Shown here: one piece after another, positions 1 through 11,700 of the stretch
How positions within the stretch are numbered: the first letter of the stretch is position 1
Layout of the letters: each line of letters begins with the position of its first letter
Assembly: GCA_002189035.1 (NCBI GenBank)
Contig: NEEC01000102.1
Coordinates: forward strand, 1 to 33,962
DNA: 33,962 nucleotides
Reading direction: 5' to 3'
DNA from: Utricularia gibba
Taxonomy: Eukaryota > Plantae > Magnoliophyta
Position numbers and translations under genes: made by a program
Notes under the pieces: generated by a model
The model's database searches: none
What the model saw: the letters and a program-made list of their open reading frames with translations, nothing else
Told to the model about the DNA's origin: nothing

Positions 1-3000
1 GACCCGAATTCCGGCCCGATCGGTGACCCACAAAAGCGCCTTCTCAAGTGTAAGCATGCTGTTGAAAAAATTTGGGTGGTCATGAGATCCTAACTTCAAT
101 AAAGGTATCACGATTTTCGTCGAATGGGACCTTATTGTGCTGTGAAGTCAGACGAACCTTGGGTCCGAACGAAGTTCCCAACAACAGCACCCGCCAAAAA
201 ACGACAACTTTTCCTTGAAAAAGCATGTAGGCAGCCGCCGAAAACCCAACGTTAATAAATGCATCACTTTTTTGGCCGGGCCAAATGACTATGGGCCAGA
301 GCGCGACTCGACCATTTGCTCGATACTAGTGCCAGCTTAGAGCACCTCGTCAAATAAAAATCAGGTTGTTGAGAAAACCATTTGGGGCGCTCATGACATC
401 CTAACTTCATTAAATGCATCACGATTTTCATCGAGTAGGACCCGATTGGGCTCAGGAGCCAGACCAAACCTTGGGCCCTTACAAAGCTGCCAACGACAGC
501 ACCGCCTTAAAACGGCAAGCTGTTGCTTGAAAAACCATGTGGGCAGCCGCCGACAACCCAACGTTAATAAATGCATCACTTCTTTTGTCGGGCTACAGCT
601 GACTTTGGGCCCGAGCTCGACCCGAATTCCGGCCCGATCTCGGTGACCCACAAAAGCGCCTTCTCAAGTGTATAGCATGCTGTTGAAAAAAGCATTTGGG
701 GTGGTCATGAGATCCTAACTTCAATAAAGGTATCACGATTTTCGTCGAATGGGACCTTATTGTGCTGTGAAGTCAGACCGAACCTTGGGTCCGGACGAAG
801 TTCCCAACAACAGCACCCGCCAAAAAAACGACAACTTTTCCTTGAAAAAGCATGTAGGCAGCCGCCGAAAACCCAACGTTAATAAATGCATCACTTTTTT
901 GGCCGGGCTACAAATGACTATGGGCCAGAGCGCGACTCGACCATTTGCTCGATACTAGTGCCAGCCTAGAGCACCTCGTCAAATATAAATCAGGTTGTTG
1001 AGAAAACCATTTGGGGCGCTCATGACATCCTAACTTCATTAAATGCATCACGATTTTCATCGAGTAGGACCCGATTGGGCTCAGGAGCCAGACCAAACCT
1101 TGGGCCCTTACAAAGCTGCCAACGACAGCACCCGCCTTAAAACGGCAAGCTGTTGCTTGAAAAACCATGTGGGCAGCCGCCGACAACCAACGTTAATAAA
1201 TGCATCACTTCTTTTGTCGGGCTACAGCTGACTTTGGGCCCGAGCTCGACCCGAATTCCGGCCCGATCTCGGTGACCCACAAAAGCGCCTTCTCAAGTGT
1301 ATAGCATGCTGTTGAAAAAAGCATTTGGGGTGGTCATGAGATCCTAACTTCAATAAAGGTATCACGATTTTCGTCGAATGGGACCTTATTGTGCTGTGAA
1401 GTCAGACCGAACCTTGGGTCCGGACGAAGTTCCCAAACAAGCACCCGCCAAAAAACGACAACTTTTCCTTGAAAAAGCATGTAGGCAGCCGCCGAAAACC
1501 CAACGTTAATAAATGCATCACTTTTTTTGGCCGGGCTACAAATGACTATGGGCCAGAGCGCGACTCGACCATTTGCTCGATACTAGTGCCAGCCTAGAGC
1601 ACCTCGTCAAATATAAATCAGGTTGTTGAGAAAACCATTTGGGGCGCTCATGACATCCTAACTTCATTAAATGCATCACGATTTTCATCGAGTAGGACCC
1701 GATTGGGCTCAGGAGCCAGACCAAACCTTGGGCCCTTACAAAGCTGCCAACGACAGCACCCGCCTTAAAACGGCAAGCTGTTGCTTGAAAAACCATGTGG
1801 GCAGCCGCCGACAACCCAACGTTAATAAATGCATCACTTCTTTTGTCGGGCTACAGCTGACTTTGGGCCCGAGCTCGACCCGAATTCCGGCCCGATCTCG
1901 GTGACCCACAAAAGCGCCTTCTCAAGTGTATAGCATGCTGTTGAAAAAAGCATTTGGGGTGGTCATGAGATCCTAACTTCAATAAAGGTATCACGATTTT
2001 CGTCGAATGGGACCTTATTGTGCTGTGAAGTCAGACCGAACCTTGGGTCCGGACGAAGTTCCCAACAACAGCACCCGCCAAAAAACGACAACTTTTCCTT
2101 GAAAAAGCATGTAGGCAGCCGCCGAAAACCCAACGTTAATAAATGCATCACTTTTTTGGCCGGGCTAAAATGACTATGGGCCAGAGCGCGACTCGACCAT
2201 TTGCTCGATACTAGTGCCAGCCTAGAGCACCTCGTCAATATAAATCAGGTTGTTGAGAAAACCATTTGGGGCGCTCATGACATCCTAACTTCATTAAATG
2301 CATCACGATTTTCATCGAGTAGGACCCGATTGGGCTCAGGAGCCAGACCAAACCTTGGGCCCTTACAAAGCTGCCAACGACAGCACCCGCCTTAAAACGG
2401 CAAGCTGTTGCTTGAAAAACCATGTGGGCAGCCGCCGACAACCCAACGTTAATAAATGCATCACTTCTTTTGTCGGGCTACAGCTGACTTTGGGCCCGAG
2501 CTCGACCCGAATTCCGGCCCGATCTCGGTGACCCACAAAAGCGCCTTCTCAAGTGTATAGCATGCTGTTGAAAAAAGCATTTGGGGTGGTCATGAGATCC
2601 TAACTTCAATAAAGGTATCACGATTTTCGTCGAATGGGACCTTATTGTGCTGTGAAGTCAGACCGAACCTTGGGTCCGGACGAAGTTCCCAACAACAGCA
2701 CCCGCCAAAAAACGACAACTTTTCCTTGAAAAAGCATGTAGGCAGCCGCCGAAAACCCAACGTTAATAAATGCATCACTTTTTTGGCCGGGCTACAAATG
2801 ACTATGGGCCAGAGCGCGACTCGACCATTTGCTCGATACTAGTGCCAGCCTAGAGCACCTCGTCAAATATAAATCAGGTTGTTGAGAAAACCATTTGGGG
2901 CGCTCATGACATCCTAACTTCATTAAATGCATCACGATTTTCATCGAGTAGGACCCGATTGGGCTCAGGAGCCAGACCAAACCTTGGGCCCTTACAAAGC

Positions 3001-5100
3001 TGCCAACGACAGCACCCGCCTTAAAACGGCAAGCTGTTGCTTGAAAAACCATGTGGGCAGCCGCCGACAACCCAACGTTAATAAATGCATCACTTCTTTT
3101 GTCGGGCTACAGCTGACTTTGGGCCCGAGCTCGACCCGAATTCCGGCCCGATCTCGGTGACCCACAAAAGCGCCTTCTCAAGTGTATAGCATGCTGTTGA
3201 AAAAAGCATTTGGGGTATGAGATCCTAACTTCAATAAAGGTATCACGATTTTCGTCGAATGGGACCTTATTGTGCTGTGAAGTCAGACCGAACCTTGGGT
3301 CCGGACGAAGTTCCCAACAACAGCACCCGCCAAAAAACGACAACTTTTCCTTGAAAAAGCATGTAGGCAGCCGCCGAAAACCCAACGTTAATAAATGCAT
3401 CACTTTTTTGGCCGGGCTACAAATGACTATGGGCCAGAGCGCGACTCGACCATTTGCTCGATACTAGTGCCAGCCTAGAGCACCTCGTCAAATATAAATC
3501 AGGTTGTTGAGAAAACCATTTGGGGCGCTCATGACATCCTAACTTCATTAAATGCATCACGATTTTCATCGAGTAGGACCCGATTGGGCTCAGGAGCCAG
3601 ACCAAACCTTGGGCCCTTACAAAGCTGCCAACGACAGCACCCGCCTTAAAACGGCAAGCTGTTGCTTGAAAAACCATGTGGGCAGCCGCCGACAACCCAA
3701 CGTTAATAAATGCATCACTTCTTTTGTCGGGCTACAGCTGACTTTGGGCCCGAGCTCGACCCGAATTCCGGCCCGATCTCGGTGACCCACAAAAGCGCCT
3801 TCTCAAGTGTATAGCATGCTGTTGAAAAAAGCATTTGGGGTGGTCATGAGATCCTAACTTCAATAAAGGTATCACGATTTTCGTCGAATGGGACCTTATT
3901 GTGCTGTGAAGTCAGACCGAACCTTGGGTCCGGACGAAGTTCCCAACAACAGCACCCGCCAAAAAACGACAACTTTTCCTTGAAAAAGCATGTAGGCAGC
4001 CGCCGAAAACCCAACGTTAATAAATGCATCACTTTTTTGGCCGGGCTACAAATGACTATGGGCCAGAGCGCGACTCGACCATTTGCTCGATACTAGTGCC
4101 AGCCTAGAGCACCTCGTCAAATATAAATCAGGTTGTTGAGAAAACCATTTGGGGCGCTCATGACATCCTAACTTCATTAAATGCATCACGATTTTCATCG
4201 AGTAGGACCCGATTGGGCTCAGGAGCCAGACCAAACCTTGGGCCCTTACAAAGCTGCCAACGACAGCACCCGCCTTAAAACGGCAAGCTGTTGCTTGAAA
4301 AACCATGTGGGCAGCCGCCGACAACCCAACGTTAATAAATGCATCACTTCTTTTGTCGGGCTACAGCTGACTTTGGGCCCGAGCTCGACCCGAATTCCGG
4401 CCCGATCTCGGTGACCCACAAAAGCGCCTTCTCAAGTGTAGCATGCTGTTGAAAAAAGCATTTGGGGTGGTCATGAGATCCTAACTTCAATAAAGGTATC
4501 ACGATTTTCGTCGAATGGGACCTTATTGTGCTGTGAAGTCAGACCGAACCTTGGGTCCGGACGAAGTTCCCAACAACAGCACCCGCCAAAAAACGACAAC
4601 TTTTCCTTGAAAAAGCATGTAGGCAGCCGCCGAAAACCCAACGTTAATAAATGCATCACTTTTTTGGCCGGGCTACAAATGACTATGGGCCAGAGCGCGA
4701 CTCGACCATTTGCTCGATACTAGTGCCAGCCTAGAGCACCTCGTCAAATATAAATCAGGTTGTTGAGAAAACCATTTGGGGCGCTCATGACATCCTAACT
4801 TCATTAAATGCATCACGATTTTCATCGAGTAGGACCCGATTGGGCTCAGGAGCCAGACCAAACCTTGGGCCCTTACAAAGCTGCCAACGACAGCACCCGC
4901 CTTAAAACGGCAAGCTGTTGCTTGAAAAACCATGTGGGCAGCCGCCGACAACCCAACGTTAATAAATGCATCACTTCTTTTGTCGGGCTACAGCTGACTT
5001 TGGGCCCGAGCTCGACCCGAATTCCGGCCCGATCTCGGTGACCCACAAAAGCGCCTTCTCAAGTGTATAGCATGCTGTTGAAAAAAGCATTTGGGGTGGT

Positions 5101-5414
5101 CATGAGATCCTAACTTCAATAAAGGTATCACGATTTTCGTCGAATGGGACCTTATTGTGCTGTGAAGTCAGACCGAACCTTGGGTCCGGACGAAGTTCCC
5201 AACAACAGCACCCGCCAAAAAACGACAACTTTTCCTTGAAAAAGCATGTAGGCAGCCGCCGAAAACCCAACGTTAATAAATGCATCACTTTTTTGGCCGG
5301 GCTACAAATGACTATGGGCCAGAGCGCGACTCGACCATTTGCTCGATACTAGTGCCAGCCTAGAGCACCTCGTCAAATATAAATCAGGTTGTTGAGAAAA
5401 CCATTTGGGGCGCT
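5101..5414 (+). repeat. Dimer subunit A (314 bp) of the HOR
   Basis: Aligns end-to-end with 5415-5729 using one 1-bp gap and about 70 differences in total (about 78% identity, manual alignment). Example: CATGAGATCCTAACTTCAATAAAGGTATCACGATTTTCG versus CATGACATCCTAACTTCATTAAATGCATCACGATTTTCA. Confidence 0.96.
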
Positions 5415-5740
5415 CATGACATCCTAACTTCATTAAATGCATCACGATTTTCATCGAGTAGGACCCGATTGGGCTCAGGAGCCAGACCAAACCTTGGGCC
5501 CTTACAAAGCTGCCAACGACAGCACCCGCCTTAAAACGGCAAGCTGTTGCTTGAAAAACCATGTGGGCAGCCGCCGACAACCCAACGTTAATAAATGCAT
5601 CACTTCTTTTGTCGGGCTACAGCTGACTTTGGGCCCGAGCTCGACCCGAATTCCGGCCCGATCTCGGTGACCCACAAAAGCGCCTTCTCAAGTGTATAGC
5701 ATGCTGTTGAAAAAAGCATTTGGGGTGGTCATGAGATCCT
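5112..5740 (+). repeat. Four ancestral ~157-bp monomers: 5112-5268 (157), 5269-5425 (157), 5426-5583 (158), 5584-5740 (157)
   Basis: The anchor motif AAC(T/G)T(C/T)A(A/T)TAAA(G/T)G(T/C)ATCAC recurs at 5112, 5269, 5426, 5584 and 5741. Each copy is preceded by a TTGA-rich-(G/C)CAT motif with the CAT exactly 21 nt before the AAC. The spacings 157+157+158+157 sum to 629. Confidence 0.9.
5415..5729 (+). repeat. Dimer subunit B (315 bp) of the HOR
   Basis: Paralogous to subunit A (see above). It carries the EcoRI, PvuII, SacI and ApaI sites and 8 of the 10 haplotype-diagnostic substitutions. Confidence 0.96.
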
Positions 5741-8700
5741 AACTTCAATAAAGGTATCACGATTTTCGTCGAATGGGACCTTATTGTGCTGTGAAGTCAG
5801 ACCGAACCTTGGGTCCGGACGAAGTTCCCAACAACAGCACCCGCCAAAAAACGACAACTTTTCCTTGAAAAAGCATGTAGGCAGCCGCCGAAAACCCAAC
5901 GTTAATAAATGCATCACTTTTTTGGCCGGGCTACAAATGACTATGGGCCAGAGCGCGACTCGACCATTTGCTCGATACTAGTGCCAGCCTAGAGCACCTC
6001 GTCAATATAAATCAGGTTGTTGAGAAAACCATTTGGGGCGCTCATGACATCCTAACTTCATTAAATGCATCACGATTTTCATCGAGTAGGACCCGATTGG
6101 GCTCAGGAGCCAGACCAAACCTTGGGCCCTTACAAAGCTGCCAACGACAGCACCCGCCTTAAAACGGCAAGCTGTTGCTTGAAAAACCATGTGGGCAGCC
6201 GCCGACAACCCAACGTTAATAAATGCATCACTTCTTTTGTCGGGCTACAGCTGACTTTGGGCCCGAGCTCGACCCGAATTCCGGCCCGATCTCGGTGACC
6301 CACAAAAGCGCCTTCTCAAGTGTATAGCATGCTGTTGAAAAAAGCATTTGGGGTGGTCATGAGATCCTAACTTCAATAAAGGTATCACGATTTTCGTCGA
6401 ATGGGACCTTATTGTGCTGTGAAGTCAGACCGAACCTTGGGTCCGGACGAAGTTCCCAACAACAGCACCCGCCAAAAAACGACAACTTTTCCTTGAAAAA
6501 GCATGTAGGCAGCCGCCGAAAACCCAACGTTAATAAATGCATCACTTTTTTGGCCGGGCTACAAATGACTATGGGCCAGAGCGCGACTCGACCATTTGCT
6601 CGATACTAGTGCCAGCCTAGAGCACCTCGTCAAATATAAATCAGGTTGTTGAGAAAACCATTTGGGGCGCTCATGACATCCTAACTTCATTAAATGCATC
6701 ACGATTTTCATCGAGTAGGACCCGATTGGGCTCAGGAGCCAGACCAAACCTTGGGCCCTTACAAAGCTGCCAACGACAGCACCCGCCTTAAAACGGCAAG
6801 CTGTTGCTTGAAAAACCATGTGGGCAGCCGCCGACAACCCAACGTTAATAAATGCATCACTTCTTTTGTCGGGCTACAGCTGACTTTGGGCCCGAGCTCG
6901 ACCCGAATTCCGGCCCGATCTCGGTGACCCACAAAAGCGCCTTCTCAAGTGTATAGCATGCTGTTGAAAAAAGCATTTGGGGTGGTCATGAGATCCTAAC
7001 TTCAATAAAGGTATCACGATTTTCGTCGAATGGGACCTTATTGTGCTGTGAAGTCAGACCGAACCTTGGGTCCGGACGAAGTTCCCAACAACAGCACCCG
7101 CCAAAAAACGACAACTTTTCCTTGAAAAAGCATGTAGGCAGCCGCCGAAAACCCAACGTTAATAAATGCATCACTTTTTTGGCCGGGCTACAAATGACTA
7201 TGGGCCAGAGCGCGACTCGACCATTTGCTCGATACTAGTGCCAGCCTAGAGCACCTCGTCAAATATAAATCAGGTTGTTGAGAAAACCATTTGGGGCGCT
7301 CATGACATCCTAACTTCATTAAATGCATCACGATTTTCATCGAGTAGGACCCGATTGGGCTCAGGAGCCAGACCAAACCTTGGGCCCTTACAAAGCTGCC
7401 AACGACAGCACCCGCCTTAAAACGGCAAGCTGTTGCTTGAAAAACCATGTGGGCAGCCGCCGACAACCCAACGTTAATAAATGCATCACTTCTTTTGTCG
7501 GGCTACAGCTGACTTTGGGCCCGAGCTCGACCCGAATTCCGGCCCGATCTCGGTGACCCACAAAAGCGCCTTCTCAAGTGTATAGCATGCTGTTGAAAAA
7601 AGCATTTGGGGTGGTCATGAGATCCTAACTTCAATAAAGGTATCACGATTTTCGTCGAATGGGACCTTATTGTGCTGTGAAGTCAGACCGAACCTTGGGT
7701 CCGGACGAAGTTCCCAACAACAGCACCCGCCAAAAAACGACAACTTTTCCTTGAAAAAGCATGTAGGCAGCCGCCGAAAACCCAACGTTAATAAATGCAT
7801 CACTTTTTTGGCCGGGCTACAAATGACTATGGGCCAGAGCGCGACTCGACCATTTGCTCGATACTAGTGCCAGCCTAGAGCACCTCGTCAAATATAAATC
7901 AGGTTGTTGAGAAAACCATTTGGGGCGCTCATGACATCCTAACTTCATTAAATGCATCACGATTTTCATCGAGTAGGACCCGATTGGGCTCAGGAGCCAG
8001 ACCAAACCTTGGGCCCTTACAAAGCTGCCAACGACAGCACCCGCCTTAAAACGGCAAGCTGTTGCTTGAAAAACCATGTGGGCAGCCGCCGACAACCCAA
8101 CGTTAATAAATGCATCACTTCTTTTGTCGGGCTACAGCTGACTTTGGGCCCGAGCTCGACCCGAATTCCGGCCCGATCTCGGTGACCCACAAAAGCGCCT
8201 TCTCAAGTGTATAGCATGCTGTTGAAAAAAGCATTTGGGGTGGTCATGAGATCCTAACTTCAATAAAGGTATCACGATTTTCGTCGAATGGGACCTTATT
8301 GTGCTGTGAAGTCAGACCGAACCTTGGGTCCGGACGAAGTTCCCAACAACAGCACCCGCCAAAAAACGACAACTTTTCCTTGAAAAAGCATGTAGGCAGC
8401 CGCCGAAAACCCAACGTTAATAAATGCATCACTTTTTTGGCCGGGCTACAAATGACTATGGGCCAGAGCGCGACTCGACCATTTGCTCGATACTAGTGCC
8501 AGCCTAGAGCACCTCGTCAAATATAAATCAGGTTGTTGAGAAAACCATTTGGGGCGCTCATGACATCCTAACTTCATTAAATGCATCACGATTTTCATCG
8601 AGTAGGACCCGATTGGGCTCAGGAGCCAGACCAAACCTTGGGCCCTTACAAAGCTGCCAACGACAGCACCCGCCTTAAAACGGCAAGCTGTTGCTTGAAA

Positions 8701-11700
8701 AACCATGTGGGCAGCCGCCGACAACCCAACGTTAATAAATGCATCACTTCTTTTGTCGGGCTACAGCTGACTTTGGGCCCGAGCTCGACCCGAATTCCGG
8801 CCCGATCTCGGTGACCCACAAAAGCGCCTTCTCAAGTGTATAGCATGCTGTTGAAAAAAGCATTTGGGGTGGTCATGAGATCCTAACTTCAATAAAGGTA
8901 TCACGATTTTCGTCGAATGGGACCTTATTGTGCTGTGAAGTCAGACCGAACCTTGGGTCCGGACGAAGTTCCCAACAACAGCACCCGCCAAAAAACGACA
9001 ACTTTTCCTTGAAAAAGCATGTAGGCAGCCGCCGAAAACCCAACGTTAATAAATGCATCACTTTTTTGGCCGGGCTACAAATGACTATGGGCCAGAGCGC
9101 GACTCGACCATTTGCTCGATACTAGTGCCAGCCTAGAGCACCTCGTCAAATATAAATCAGGTTGTTGAGAAAACCATTTGGGGCGCTCATGACATCCTAA
9201 CTTCATTAAATGCATCACGATTTTCATCGAGTAGGACCCGATTGGGCTCAGGAGCCAGACCAAACCTTGGGCCCTTACAAAGCTGCCAACGACAGCACCC
9301 GCCTTAAAACGGCAAGCTGTTGCTTGAAAAACCATGTGGGCAGCCGCCGACAACCCAACGTTAATAAATGCATCACTTCTTTTGTCGGGCTACAGCTGAC
9401 TTTGGGCCCGAGCTCGACCCGAATTCCGGCCCGATCTCGGTGACCCACAAAAGCGCCTTCTCAAGTGTATAGCATGCTGTTGAAAAAAGCATTTGGGGTG
9501 GTCATGAGATCCTAACTTCAATAAAGGTATCACGATTTTCGTCGAATGGGACCTTATTGTGCTGTGAAGTCAGACCGAACCTTGGGTCCGGACGAAGTTC
9601 CCAACAACAGCACCCGCCAAAAAACGACAACTTTTCCTTGAAAAAGCATGTAGGCAGCCGCCGAAAACCCAACGTTAATAAATGCATCACTTTTTTGGCC
9701 GGGCTACAAATGACTATGGGCCAGAGCGCGACTCGACCATTTGCTCGATACTAGTGCCAGCCTAGAGCACCTCGTCAAATATAAATCAGGTTGTTGAGAA
9801 AACCATTTGGGGCGCTCATGACATCCTAACTTCATTAAATGCATCACGATTTTCATCGAGTAGGACCCGATTGGGCTCAGGAGCCAGACCAAACCTTGGG
9901 CCCTTACAAAGCTGCCAACGACAGCACCCGCCTTAAAACGGCAAGCTGTTGCTTGAAAAACCATGTGGGCAGCCGCCGACAACCCAACGTTAATAAATGC
10001 ATCACTTCTTTTGTCGGGCTACAGCTGACTTTGGGCCCGAGCTCGACCCGAATTCCGGCCCGATCTCGGTGACCCACAAAAGCGCCTTCTCAAGTGTATA
10101 GCATGCTGTTGAAAAAAGCATTTGGGGTGGTCATGAGATCCTAACTTCAATAAAGGTATCACGATTTTCGTCGAATGGGACCTTATTGTGCTGTGAAGTC
10201 AGACCGAACCTTGGGTCCGGACGAAGTTCCCAACAACAGCACCCGCCAAAAAACGACAACTTTTCCTTGAAAAAGCATGTAGGCAGCCGCCGAAAACCCA
10301 ACGTTAATAAATGCATCACTTTTTTGGCCGGGCTACAAATGACTATGGGCCAGAGCGCGACTCGACCATTTGCTCGATACTAGTGCCAGCCTAGAGCACC
10401 TCGTCAAATATAAATCAGGTTGTTGAGAAAACCATTTGGGGCGCTCATGACATCCTAACTTCATTAAATGCATCACGATTTTCATCGAGTAGGACCCGAT
10501 TGGGCTCAGGAGCCAGACCAAACCTTGGGCCCTTACAAAGCTGCCAACGACAGCACCCGCCTTAAAACGGCAAGCTGTTGCTTGAAAAACCATGTGGGCA
10601 GCCGCCGACAACCCAACGTTAATAAATGCATCACTTCTTTTGTCGGGCTACAGCTGACTTTGGGCCCGAGCTCGACCCGAATTCCGGCCCGATCTCGGTG
10701 ACCCACAAAAGCGCCTTCTCAAGTGTATAGCATGCTGTTGAAAAAAGCATTTGGGGTGGTCATGAGATCCTAACTTCAATAAAGGTATCACGATTTTCGT
10801 CGAATGGGACCTTATTGTGCTGTGAAGTCAGACCGAACCTTGGGTCCGGACGAAGTTCCCAACAACAGCACCCGCCAAAAAACGACAACTTTTCCTTGAA
10901 AAAGCATGTAGGCAGCCGCCGAAAACCCAACGTTAATAAATGCATCACTTTTTTGGCCGGGCTACAAATGACTATGGGCCAGAGCGCGACTCGACCATTT
11001 GCTCGATACTAGTGCCAGCCTAGAGCACCTCGTCAAATATAAATCAGGTTGTTGAGAAAACCATTTGGGGCGCTCATGACATCCTAACTTCATTAAATGC
11101 ATCACGATTTTCATCGAGTAGGACCCGATTGGGCTCAGGAGCCAGACCAAACCTTGGGCCCTTACAAAGCTGCCAACGACAGCACCCGCCTTAAAACGGC
11201 AAGCTGTTGCTTGAAAAACCATGTGGGCAGCCGCCGACAACCCAACGTTAATAAATGCATCACTTCTTTTGTCGGGCTACAGCTGACTTTGGGCCCGAGC
11301 TCGACCCGAATTCCGGCCCGATCTCGGTGACCCACAAAAGCGCCTTCTCAAGTGTATAGCATGCTGTTGAAAAAAGCATTTGGGGTGGTCATGAGATCCT
11401 AACTTCAATAAAGGTATCACGATTTTCGTCGAATGGGACCTTATTGTGCTGTGAAGTCAGACCGAACCTTGGGTCCGGACGAAGTTCCCAACAACAGCAC
11501 CGCCAAAAAACGACAACTTTTCCTTGAAAAAGCATGTAGGCAGCCGCCGAAAACCCAACGTTAATAAATGCATCACTTTTTTGGCCGGGCTACAAATGAC
11601 TATGGGCCAGAGCGCGACTCGACCATTTGCTCGATACTAGTGCCAGCCTAGAGCACCTCGTCAAATATAAATCAGGTTGTTGAGAAAACCATTTGGGGCG

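Larger units (their letters stand above)
5101..5729 (+). repeat. Representative 629-bp HOR unit (haplotype 1)
   Basis: Starts CATGAGATCCTAACTTCAAT at 5101, and the next copy starts at 5730. A manual count gave 168 C and 141 G (49% GC). Confidence 0.98.

Noticed and set aside
5135-5149. CENP-B-box-like TTTCGTCGAATGGGA
   Set aside because: It resembles YTTCGTTGGAARCGGGA but is 2 nt shorter and lacks the essential CGGG at the required spacing. It is not conserved in the paralogous B position.
5117-5280. AATAAA hexamers (polyadenylation-signal-like), three per unit
   Set aside because: They are part of the conserved AT-rich monomer anchor. There is no transcription unit, so no regulatory role is supportable.
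5709-5729. AAAAAAGCATTTGGGGTGGT is reminiscent, from memory, of a stretch of maize CentC
   Set aside because: The match is short and low-complexity, and I could not extend it over the rest of the monomer. It is insufficient for a family or species assignment without an alignment search.
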